Part shown: positions 43,101 through 55,400 of the stretch, in pieces
Numbering within the stretch: position 1 is the stretch's first letter
Layout of the letters: each line of letters begins with the position of its first letter
NCBI GenBank assembly: GCA_012295275.1
Contig: CM022679.1
Location: 434,001-498,000 of the forward strand
Direction of reading: 5' to 3'
Origin: Chrysomallon squamiferum
Taxonomy: Eukaryota; Animalia; Mollusca
DNA length: 64,000 bases
The notes under the pieces: generated by a model
What the model saw: the letters and a program-made list of their open reading frames with translations, nothing else
Database searches by the model: none
Told to the model about the DNA's origin: nothing
Position numbers and translations under genes: made by a program

Positions 43101-46100
43101 ATTGATGCTTTTAAATGTGACAGATCTATAATTTTGTTAGCAGTAGAGAATTAGTTTGTGAAAGAGAATTCTGCTTTGAAGTAGTGAGTAGTGGGATCAG
43201 TTCTTATCAGTGACACAATTTATTCCAGCCAGTGTGTAATCTTTCCTGTTTATGAGTGGGCGAAAATGAAAAAATTTTGTTACCAAAAAAAAAGAAGATT
43301 TTCATCACCATTATATAAAAAAATCAAATATGACTAAGAAACAGTGAAATGTTAACAAACCTGCATCCCCCCCACCAGTGTCCATCTTCACACGACTGTC
43401 CACTGTGTCCAGATAGGAAAAACTCGGCCGCATCTGGACAACTGCCTTTATAGGTGTCAGGTGCAACTCTTCTAGTAACAAAATGTACACGAAAACATCA
43501 AACAAACACATCATACTCTTCTAGTAACAAAATGTACATGAAAACATCAAACAAACACATCATACTCTTCTAGTAACAAAATGTACATGAAAACATCAAA
43601 CACACACATCATACTCTTCTAGTAACAAAATGTACACGAAAACATCAAACAAACACATCATACTCTTCTAGTAACAAAATGTACACGAAAACATCAAACA
43701 AACACATCCTACTCTTCTAGTAACAAAATGTACATGAAAACATCAAACAAACACATCATACTCTTCTAGTAACAAAATGTACACGAAAACATCAAACAAA
43801 CACATCCTACTCTTCTAGTAACAAAATGTACACGAAAACATCAAACAAACACATCCTACTCTTCTAGTAACAAAATGTACCTGAAAACATCAAACAAACA
43901 CATCATACTCTTCTAGTAACAAAATGTACATGAAAACATCAAACAAACACATCCTACTCTTCTAGTAACAAAATGTACCTGAAAACATCAAACACACACA
44001 TCATACTCTTCTAGTAACAAAATGTACATGAAAACATCAAACACACACATCATACTCTTCTAGTAACAAAATGTACACGAAAACATCAAACAAACACATC
44101 CTACTCTTCTAGTAACAAAATGTACCTGAAAACATCAAACACACACATCATACTCTTCTAGTAACAAAATGTACATGAAAACATCAAACACACACATCAT
44201 ACTCTTCTAGTAACAAAATGTACATGAAAACATCAAACAAACACATCATACTCTTCTAGTAACAAAATGTACATGAAAACATCAAACACACACATCATAC
44301 TCTTCTAGTAACAAAATGTACATGAAAACATCAAACAAACACATCATACTCTTCTAGTAACAAAATGTACATGAAAACATCAAACACACACATCATACTC
44401 TTCTAGTAACAAAATGTACATGAAAACATCAAACAAACACATCATACTCTTCTAGTAACAAAATGTACATGAAAACATCAAACACACACATCATACTCTT
44501 CTAGTAACAAAATGTACATGAAAACATCAAACACACACATAATTTGTAGTGTCAGAATAATCTCAGTATTTTCAAGTGCTGAACTATTCTGTTAAAATCC
44601 CTTCACTGCAGACTTAATATGCTTATTGTCTTCTTTGTTTTCAAAACCTTTTATTATTTATGAAAGATAACAGTGAACTGCTCTCAAGGAATTATTATAA
44701 TTTAAAAAAAATATATTAATAAAATAACAGAAAACAATGAATCTTCAAAATAAAGAAAGTTACCATCTTTCAGCAATCCCACTGCGTACCTTGCTGTACT
44801 GGCCGTACTTGGAGCTGACGTTAAAACCTGCTTGTCCATCAGTCCACTGGAAAACAAAACATCCACCCCACAGCTTTACAGTTTGTCACTCCACTGTGCC
44901 ACAAATAACAAACTTCATTAAGACTGGTTATAAAAACAACAAGAAATTAGCAAATTATTATTCAAATAAACGTTTGAAATATGTAATTATGAACTAAAAA
45001 AAGAACCTGTCTTCCTTCTCTTCCTTACTGAAAATTTTGTTAAACACAGTGATGTTACCTTGGATACATGACACTATGTGTAAACACAGTGATGTTACCT
45101 TGGATACATGACACTATGTGTAAACACAGTGATGTTACCTTGGATACATGACACTATGTGTAAACACAGTGATGTTACCTTGGATACATGACACTATGTG
45201 TAAACACAGTGATGTTACCTTGGTTACATGACACTATGTGTAAACACAGTGATGTTACCTTGGATACATGACACTATGTGTAAACACAGTGATGTTACCT
45301 TGGATACATGACACTATGTGTAAACACAGTGATGTTACCTTGGATACATGACACTGTGTAAACACATAAGTTACCTTGGCTACATGACACTGTGTAAACA
45401 CAGTAAAGTTACCTTGGATACATGACATTCTGTGAGTGCGAACCTGCCGACCCATCTACATTAATAGCAATCTGCTCTCCTTTAGTCTTTGCATAGTTAG
45501 CACTGTTAGAGTTAATATGTAGTTCTATCTCAACCTGTAACACACAAAACATTACCTTAGTATAGTTACACTGTTAGAGTTAATATATTCACTATTATAC
45601 TCTCATAAAATCCATATATAAACTTAAAAAAAAAATTATTTTGATTTCTTTTCTTTTCAACTTTGTTATCTCATATTTTAAACGTGTGTAGTCATGGATC
45701 AAATGAATAAAATCATACAAAACAAAAAAACTGAAATGAAGCCCATGTGAAAAAAAAAATACAATACATTTAGTAAATAGTTTACATTACAAGTTAAGTT
45801 AAATAATATACTCTATTATACATTAATGGAAGTGAGAAAATGTAACAAATAACAACTCTGGTATATACTTCCTGTTGTTATTTACTAATTCAGTTCTGAG
45901 ATGAAAACTGTGATGACTAGTTTCACTGTAAACAAATTTTACCTTTTTCTGTGTTGGTTTTATTCGAGATGTTAAATGAGTGATGTGGTCGTAAGTCATG
46001 TAGGCAGGACGCACTGGATACTGTAACAATACAAGAGAGTAAATAATAGTTTTAAAAAATGGTGTCTTCTGCTGGACATCAAATGTTTGTACTGCTAAAC

Positions 46101-47110
46101 CTCTATAAAGACTGTTACAAAAATTAAACACAACTGGTGTAAAGCAAATTGTTATTTATTAAAGCAAATCAAATATTTGTTTTGCAGAAAACATGAATTC
46201 AGTCACTAAAAAGTTAATGTAGAAACTTTCATTATGCCACAACTCAACATTGTCCAAAAAGCAACATTTCAGTGTGATCAAACTTTTCTATAGTTATAAT
46301 GGAGTATGGCAGAATCAATGTAGATTTCATTTATGGCAAAGTTGGTGTACATTTTATGTGCAACTAGAAATGTTTATGATGATATTTTTAATATTAGTAT
46401 CATCTAGTTCTTTATACTTAAAAAAATAAAAATAATAATAAAAAAAAAATCTTGGGTATATAAAAATCTCATCTTTTGTCAGTGTTGAGTCATTGTAAAT
46501 CTAAAATGTGTACAAATGTTCTCATATGGCAGCTGCTGACATTGACACAATTCAAACTGTAATTTTTTTACTGTGTTCTTTGTAATTGAATACAAATATT
46601 TAACAATAATTTGTTTAATTTTTCTTGAAAAGTGCTCTTTTAATGAGTAAAGTACTAAAGAAAACAGTTTTGAACTGAAGTCTTGAACAACATAATGCTG
46701 TAGACTACACTACAGTGTAGTGTACTATAGATATTAGATTAGATGCAAACATTGTAATACTGACCTGTAACAAATACAGATTTTCTGCCAAACTCTTGGA
46801 GAGAAAGACATTAATCTGAAACGAAGCAAAACTGTATAAAATGTGACTGATTATCTTTACGATTTATTCAAATTATCATTATTAATATTATAATAATAAT
46901 ACAATTATACATTCGATGGAAATGTATCCAACATTCAATACAATAATGCGTGAATAACGGGAACTTTCTTCAATGACAAGTCATACGAGCTCATTTGTGA
47001 TTTTAAGAAATAAGTCAGAATACGAAATATCTAATGAAACAAGCTGAACAATCTTGAAATAAACGCATTCAACATACCTCGTGCTCCACTGGATCATCTT
47101 CTTCAGCCAT
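37177..47110 (-). CDS. POLR3E: DNA-directed RNA polymerase III subunit RPC5 (POLR3E, Sin-like), 18 coding exons, ~686 aa after correcting a 1-nt frameshift
   Basis: GT-AG exons read by eye (minus strand): 47078-47110 MAEEDDPVEHE; 46765-46815 INVFLSKSLAENLYLLQ; 45943-46020 YPVRPAYMTYD..IKPTQKK; 45413-45534 VEIEL..KGEQIAINVDG; 44764-44846 GLMDKQ..RYAVG; 43361-43471 ELHLTP..QMRPSFSYLD; 42806-42969 VTVKFSRPES; 42507-42631; 42227-42318 PSNILSLSQLRTLPLADQIK; 41822-41943; 41578-41659 DVLYPK..LCRGRDYM; 40970-41029 MWKFTQSR; 40521-40624 LPAEDVKDILEQM..KGWEF; 40037-40140 DVVQRQKMLW; 39290-39765 ELKRLF..PPGH; 38611-38676; 37829-37954; 37177-37239 GGWWYLRGTVPES*. The motifs match vertebrate POLR3E as recalled, end to end. 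Summed length 2062 nt = 687 codons + 1 extra base. Confidence 0.95.
43466..44540. repeat. Minisatellite, 49-bp unit, ~22 copies, containing the POLR3E exon 6 acceptor
   Basis: Unit ACTCTTCTAGTAACAAAATGTACATGAAAACATCAAACAAACACATCAT; the first copy overlaps the exon boundary at 43471/43472. Confidence 0.95.
45040..45427. repeat. Minisatellite, 38-40-bp unit, ~10 copies, containing the POLR3E exon 4 donor
   Basis: Unit GTAAACACAGTGATGTTACCTTGGATACATGACACTATGT; the last copy overlaps the exon boundary at 45412/45413. Confidence 0.95.
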
Positions 47111-47560
47111 ACCTTTTATTCTGACGTTACTTTCCTCCCGCCATTAAAGAGCATCAGCAACGGATTATTTTATTTTGTCATCAATGATTTTTTTTGTTTG
47201 AAGCTTGATTAATAATAATTCGTATGTAAATAATTGAGATGAATATATTTATTTTTACATTTGCAACGTTTAACTGTATTTTGTATATAAATAAGAGAAC
47301 GATCTGAAACGTTGTTTGAATGTATAATGCATGCTGTAGAGATTCCTCTTGTATGCGTTAGATTTATAAAATTTATAATTGGATATACTTTCTCTATTCT
47401 CGATATTTTGTTTTTATTTATTGTACTGGTAAGTTGTATTTAGGAAAAAATTTCGGATATCAAATGCTAATTAATCACGAGTGTCGATGGATACCAAACT
47501 TATCTCACTGGAATCAGCCAGAGGTACGTACCGCACAGCAAACATGGTAACTTTGTTTAC
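47111..47560. promoter_or_regulatory. POLR3E 5' UTR/promoter region
   Basis: Directly upstream of the start codon. CpG-enriched, with a YY1/E2F-like TCCCGCCATT (47136-47145) and a TGACG half-site (47122-47126). Confidence 0.55.
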
Positions 47561-48094
47561 AACCGTTTGTCTGCTTTTTCAAGATTTTTTGTTTATCTTT
47601 TTTTTTTCGTGGGGTTCATTGTTACTGGTGTTGTTGTTGTTGTTGTTGTTATTGTTTTATTATATTTCCACCGACATAAGCGTCAAAAGTAGCAGAAATG
47701 CGATGAAAACTTATTTGAAATTACGAACCACTTCTTAAGCATTAGCAACCTTGCTAGATAACACTTCCAGTTTTATTAGGTATGGTCATGCGCTCTGTAT
47801 ATATCTGCTTTTTTAATATTCCACAAAATGTGTTGCACTTTCACTAAAAAAAATAATTAAAAAATGTTGGGATGTTAGGCAAATACAGAGCATCGATGTG
47901 GTCGCCTTCTACGTCAAGTTCATAATCATGATAATGTCGAAAAATTAAAATAAAAATGACTAATTTAGTAATAATAAGGCTCACTTTACCTTTTACATAT
48001 ATTATTATTATTATTATTATTATTATTGTCTAAAATCTTTAATTTAAAACATTTCTTATCCAACTTTAACTAAAGCAGGTCTTCTTCCGTAAAA

Positions 48095-48133
48095 AATTTA
48101 AAAGTATAGGGACTTTTGAATAACCCTGTGTAT
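48095..48133. mobile_element. Possible Tc1/mariner-like terminal inverted repeat end
   Basis: The reverse complement reads TACACAGGGTTATTCAAAAGTCCCTATAC next to TATA, resembling Tc1/mariner termini. No partner TIR was found. Confidence 0.3.
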
Positions 48134-48298
48134 ATATTTTTTTCAAGAACGAAAAGCCAAATAATTAAATAACATGCTATTTGAATTACACACAAAAAAG
48201 TGTTATTGGATAAAAAAAAATTAATTAGAAAAGGAAAATCTTTTTTAAATTTACCAGACTATCATAATCACATTTTAATTTTAATTCTTTTTCATCAA

Positions 48299-48341
<43 letters not shown>

Positions 48342-50903
48342 TTAAATTATTGTTAATTTAGGGAGCTCCATTCAGTAAGCTAATGTACAATGTATTATTC
48401 ATTATTTTTGCAACAAGAACTAAATTTAGTTTCAATTTAAAAATAAATTTGTCGTACGAACCTGAACAAAGTAACTATATCCACAATAAATAAAGTCAAA
48501 ATACCCGCCAAGCACTAATGTCGTATGTGAAACATGTTATCACTCCTAAAAGTAGCATGGACCAATAGGAACGATAACTCGTAACGGCACAAATTATGTC
48601 ACGGAAAAACGCCTCAAGAAATTTCGCTGATTTAATGGGTACAAACAACTCCTAAATGTTCTTTTCTGCTGGGTTCTGAGAGGGGGAACATTGACAACTA
48701 CAAAACTTAATACATTAAATGATTAATCTTATTCCGCATTATAATTTCAGTTTATTATGCACGCATTTACACAAAAATAATCCAGTTTGAAAAGTTTGAT
48801 TAAGTTGAAAAAGTTGAAAAGGCGCGTGATATCATCGTTTGGTAATATGAACAACCATCCTTACCTTTATCAGTGTAAATCATAAAAAATTCTGAAAAAT
48901 GCACGCAAAATAATTTAATTTGGAAGTTTAAAAATTTCCGCGAGCTCACGGAAACTTCCAATCGAAATCCAATATGACAGGGTTCGAACGCCGATTAAAA
49001 TTATTAATGTTTACAAACGTTTAAATACGCATGCCTTCATAATGCAATCAATTCTACATGTATTAGTAAAAGTAATATGGGGAAATATTTCATTTAATCA
49101 ATACCTCGTATACATAGATGTCTATTATTGAGTAGAAATTGCTGCAAAGTAGAATTTTTTTTTGTTGTTTTTTTTTTGTTTGCTAACTTTGACGTCATAG
49201 TATCTCGTACATATTTCGTACTATATATTTTTCTCAGACATTATTACGACGTCGTCAGCCATAATAAAAAATAAATAAAAATAAAATAAAATAAAATGAA
49301 ATAAACAATTTTAACAGACACAGGCGCATGAATATAAAGGTGACTATTCTCACAAGGTACCACGATGTGGACATGCTACAATTCCATAGCATACAGTTTT
49401 GAGTACGAAGTTGTAAAACGATACTTGAAACCATTATAATTCTGTTTTTTATATATATATATTTATTTCCATTTTCAATGCATTAGAGGTCGTATTTACA
49501 TGTAAAAAGCAAATTGATCACGTGTTATTTGAATAATTGCCTTGATACAGTCATTATAACGCTTGAATCAGTTTTACAATAAAAAATGTTTTAAAAAAAT
49601 TAAAGGTTCGTCAACCGGCCTTATAAAAAAATTATTAAAAATTCTTTGTTTTTATATATCTCTATTTTGATATGTTTTATTTATTAACTTATTTACGACC
49701 TCTTACTGTTACCTTTTAAAATGGACCTAGCACAAATGTAGCAATAATACAGAAAAAATGATTGGTTATAATTATAAGTCATTTAGGAGACAAATTACTT
49801 TGATTTCATTTTTGAGATAGATTACAATGGACTTAGCAAAAACTGTATAAATGAAAAACAGTCAGCTACGAAATGCCACTGAGGATTTTGAACCAGTACA
49901 CACGTGTTGCATACCCGTTTCTTGAAATGAGAATTTACGAACATTTGTAAATACACTTAGCTTTTTTTGGTCATGAAGTAATGAGAAATGTATCAATTTT
50001 AATATATTTGAAGTGCATATAAATTAGCCAATTTCTATTTTTAATTAACAAACTTCACTGTTACATTCAAATGAATTAATAAAGGAAAAAAATCACCCAA
50101 AACAACGAAAAAACCCAAAATGGTCAGTATAGAAAAATATTTTATTTCAATCAACATGCTATTTTTGGCTTGAATAAATATTTTAAAAATACTTATTACA
50201 AATATTTGTATACACATACAGTAACAGATAATGTTGTTGAATAAGTATTCTTGCTAATTGTAGAAATATTAAAAAATGACACCTGAAATTTTAATGATTT
50301 GAGGAAAACAAAAAAACTGTTTGCTGTTTCAATATAAAATCACACAAAATATATTAATCCATATTTTTAGGACATAACTTAAGAATAATATATAAAAAAT
50401 GATAACATTCATTTCAAAATTTAACCAAATTTTGCAAATGAAACTAAAACTATAATTTTTAAAAAATCAGCTATTCAAACATGTACATGTATTGGCCAAA
50501 ACATACAATTCCCTAATATTAAAACCAAAAAATATAAAGGGATATAAAAAATGAATTACATTTAAACAATAAACAAATAATTTTTGATTCTAAAGTAATA
50601 AGATTGTTTTGATTTTTAATTTTTTTAAATATTCAATCAATGCTGTTATTATTGTACATCATCATGGACAAAATTTAGTTTTTATTATTATTATTATTTT
50701 TTTTAAACTTTCTTTCATCAGCTGTTTAAGCCCTCCTCAAACATGAATACATATTCCAAACAGTACTACACAAATTTGATATCCATTAAACTTTCTGTGT
50801 TTTCTGTTTATTTATTAATATCACAAGTTTATTTATGTTTACTTGGAAAAGATGGTATTGAAACAAATGTGACATTTCTTAAACTTGTGGTTCTCTGTTT
50901 CTT

Positions 50904-52382
50904 TTAGCTGTTGTTGTCATTGTTGTCTTTGGGATTCTTGGAAATTTCTGGTATGTTGTCACTGTTGTCTTTGGGATTCTTGGAAATTTCTGGTATGTTG
51001 TCACTGTTGTCTTTGGTTTCCTTGGAAATTTCAGTTATGCTGGCATTTTTGTCACTGTTCTTTTTGGTTTTCTTGGATGTTTCTGCTGTTATGCCATTGT
51101 TTTCTGTTTTATTCTCAGTATCCTTGTTATCTTCAGTATTCAACATACTGCTAGTGCTCCCTCTAGTCAAACTTGCCGATTTATTTGTTAATTTTGATTC
51201 ATGAAAATCTACTTCAATGTCATGACCATAGTCAGTGGAAAAGCCCTCATGTGTACCAGCTGAAAATAAATAAAACATTTATTTTTAATATAACCAGACT
51301 GTCCTTTGACAGCAGACTGGATGTTTAGGTTTGGATTTCTCTAAGTGTTAAATGATTCAAACAGAAATTATACCTAACACAGTCTGTTTAACAGTATTTG
51401 AGAAAAAAAAAAAGAAAGAAAGAAAAATGAAATAAAAAGCATTATAAAAAATAAAAATAAATAATAAAAAAACATTGAAATAAAAAAAAACTGACACAGT
51501 CTGTGTACGATTGGTTGCTTAGATACACAAGTGGTCACTGTGAAGTGAGGTCACAGGAATAAATTAATATAATTGTGTTGGTGGCAGAATTTCTCTGTGT
51601 AACTGAGTAAGCAGTAAGCAGTAAGTAATGTTTTTACCAGTAAAGAGACTAAATAAAATACAACAGTGTGTGCAGTATTTGGGAAAAATCTAAGAAAGTG
51701 TGTGAAAATTGGATTTTTCTGGATGAAGCAAATTCTTGAAAACCTTTTTAAATGTTTGATTGGAGTGTCTCATCTTGCAAAGTTTTATTTGTACAAACTA
51801 AATCTAAATTTTCAGCATTAGTTCAAAGTGTTATTTATAAACAGATATTCATTTGTTAAACTAATCTTTAGTGAGAAAACTGCACAGTAAGAAAGTTGGG
51901 ACATTTTGGTTTGATAAAACAAAATGGCAAACATACGCATTTTATCTGAGCCTGTTGTAGATTTCTGAAACAAAACAAAAAAAAAATTATGCAAGTTTTT
52001 CAAAATGTAACATTAACTTACCAAGAGTATCAACAACAAAACAACAAAAGTAAAAAAGTAATAATAATAATAATTAGCAAACAAATAACCCTACATGTAA
52101 TCAATCAATTTATACAAGTATTGTTATAATGGAATTCTTAATCTCATATTCTAGTTAACTTTAAGTAGAAAACCATGTCTTTCAGCAAATTAATACTTGT
52201 ACATTAATTGTTAATTCTGAACTAATATATGTCTGTGATAAAAAAAAAAAAAAAAACATCTCTCGCTGACAAATTAACTTAATGTGATTTGAAATCACAT
52301 TCTTAAGATCATATTTAATTTTTTTTTATATTTCATTACTGTGTTAAATCTTTCCAATATATTTTTAATTAAGAATTAAATT

Positions 52383-52413
<31 letters not shown>

Positions 52414-55400
52414 TACAACTAAACGGTATAATCAGGTATTTTGTATAATAGTATAAACTTGATTAAAATGTTTAGGTATTACACAGAATACCTGAAATTG
52501 GAGCTGACTTTGTAGACATAATAACTAGAATGGTATCAAGTTTGTGAAGAGAACTGTTGTCTGTGATGGTTTCATGGTTTGAGGGTTAAAACAAATCAGA
52601 TATTCATGAAACTAATGCTTTATTCAGTCATTCAACAACATAAAAAATGTCTTCTTTTTCTCTCTGGCAAACTCGTACACTTTAATCAAGATCTGAACCA
52701 CTTGTATCTTTTGCTTTGGCATATTTTGGTGCCAGCACAGTTACATTTTACAAAGCCCTGCCCACTACAAATAGATTCTTGTTAGACAAAAAGTTCTGAG
52801 GGAATGGCAGTTGTCAGCAGATTGTCCATATGAACACACATATATGTTACTTTGGCATCTTCTGGTTCATGTTTATGTGTTTACTTATTCAACAACGCAC
52901 ATTCATATCTGTACAAGAGAAGTAGAGAGACAGCAGGGACCTTAATCAGGATTTGAAGCATTTGCACCTATCAGCATCTCTTGACCAGCACAGTTACATT
53001 TTATGAAGCCTTCCTCACCACAAATGGATTCTTGGTGGACAGCATTTCTAAGTGAAAGACAAATGTCCACAGTGTACAGTGAATACATACATAAATCAAA
53101 CTGATTTCTTGCTGTTAAATTCACCAGACTTGGTGACAGTGGTAAACATCTCATTGTCTCTGATCTCTGTGATGACACTGGTGATGGTGTGGGGATCTGC
53201 ATTGCCTCTGTTGACAACAGAAATACATCCAGCAGCTGATACACTACTTTTGCTGCATGCTTGGATGTGTGGGGTCACAGGACACAAAACTTAGTAAGGT
53301 GGTCTTCATTGTTCAGTATCTATTGGTACTGGCCCAGGCACATGAACTGCATGTCAACTAAGTCTACCTGAGCTCTGGAACTAAAGTCCTTGGACAGTGT
53401 AGGTTTCATCACAACATATTTGGTAGTTGGTCTCTTTTTACTCTGTTTGACTCGAAGAGATTCAGGACTTCTTGGGTGATGTTGGAACACTTCTTGTTGG
53501 TCTCTTTTATCATCTTGTCTCTGCCAACATGACCAACATGAAGTCAACACCTCTGATGAACTTCTTGAGGATCTCATGTTTCTGGAGCAGGTAAAACTGA
53601 TGAGGAGACTTCTTGGTTGAACCAGTGGTTTTGATGATTTCATCGATGGTGTTGTCATGTTCTTCTTTTGGCAGTAGAACATGTTTGTTATAGTCACATA
53701 TCTGATATAGTTGCTGTTAAGTGATGCTTCAGCCTACAGATCCATCTTGGAAATATGAGTAAAAGCAATGATCTTCTTATTTTTGGCTGGGATCACAATG
53801 CTACATTAAGGAAATAAAGTAAAGAAACTTCAAACTTATTAGTCAAGATTTGTTGCTTTTACAAAATAATGAAAAGGATTCAAAAATGGAGAAGCTTCTT
53901 AATTAATTGACAACAGTTTTTTTCTAATCCAAAATCTGAAATGTTCCTCATGTTAATTAGACCAATCAGCACTGTCCACTGCAGATAATCAATTCAACTA
54001 CCAGTTGCCTAATTTCAGTCTAAAAAGTCAGCTCAGTTTCAGGTGTTATCTATAGTACCTGAATTTTCACGTATTGTGCATTATACCTGATTATACGTTT
54101 TATATATATAATATTGTAATTCAGTCAGTGATAAAGAAAGACAAATCACAAACAGTTTTCTCCTAACTTAGGCTTTTCACAGTGTCCACTTTTTAAGATA
54201 TTATTAATGGTCATGAATTCTTGGCCCCTCTCTCTCACAGATTTAAACAGGTGGATTAACTCTGATCATTATCACTGATTTCAAATATGGCTGATAACTG
54301 AAAAGTGTTATTTCTTAAGTTGTATTTTAATTACAAAACAATTACAGATTTCCTGTATCCTGAGGAATTAAACTGTGATGCTTTGTAACCACTCATTTTA
54401 TTATGGAAGCCTTTAATGATCTACAAAATAAAATAATATATTATTATTATTACATAGTAGCCTTCTATAGCAACTCAGATTCATTTACAAACTGATTAAT
54501 AAAGCCCAATTTAGAGATATTCAAATATCATACTTTATTATATTACTCTTCAGAATATCTTGTATTATTATACACATTTATCTGACTGATTATCACCTTA
54601 TAGTTACATAACCTAAATATCATTATTATCTTTATATTATTTAATATCATAATTATCTCTATATAATTTAAATATCATAATTATCTTTATATAATCTAAT
54701 GTCATAATTATCTCTACATAATTTAAATATCATAATATCTTTATATAATCTAAATATCATATTTACATTCACAAAATCTAAATAACATATTTACATTCAC
54801 ATAATCTAAATAACATATTTAAATTCACATAATCTAAATATGATACTTACATTCACATAATCTACATATCAAATTTACTTTAACATAACTTAAATATTAT
54901 CAAGTCATTACATTTACATAATGTCGTTGTTACCTAAACATAATGTTAACATCACATATATTTACATAATGTCGTTGTTACCTAAACATAATGTTAACAT
55001 CACATATATTTACATGATCAGTTTTGCTCACTGAAAAATGCAACTCTCATTCAACAAAAAAGAGCTAGAAAAGACAAATTCTTTGAGTTCAGTATTCTCA
55101 GCTAAACATCTATATTTGTTATTGACAATCTCATTAGTAAACATGAAACTCTTACAAATCTCTTTTAACAATATCCACATGAAATGTGTGGCATAACCAA
55201 CCCTTTCCAAGGCTTTACTCAAACAATCTCATCCAGCTTGAAATGCTAATGAGATGGCAGTCATTGTTAGAACAAAAACTAAAACATGTGAAGAAACAAG
55301 ACATTAGATTCAAATATTTATTTGTCTGTAACTAAACATTTTTCTCCTGTTATTACTCATATCTTCATTTAGATGTAAAAAATGGGGAAGAAATAACAGT

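Noticed and set aside
37177-47110. POLR3E as a pseudogene
   Set aside because: Only one lesion, in a short homopolymer; all 17 introns have GT-AG ends and the conserved motifs are retained, so an assembly error is more plausible.
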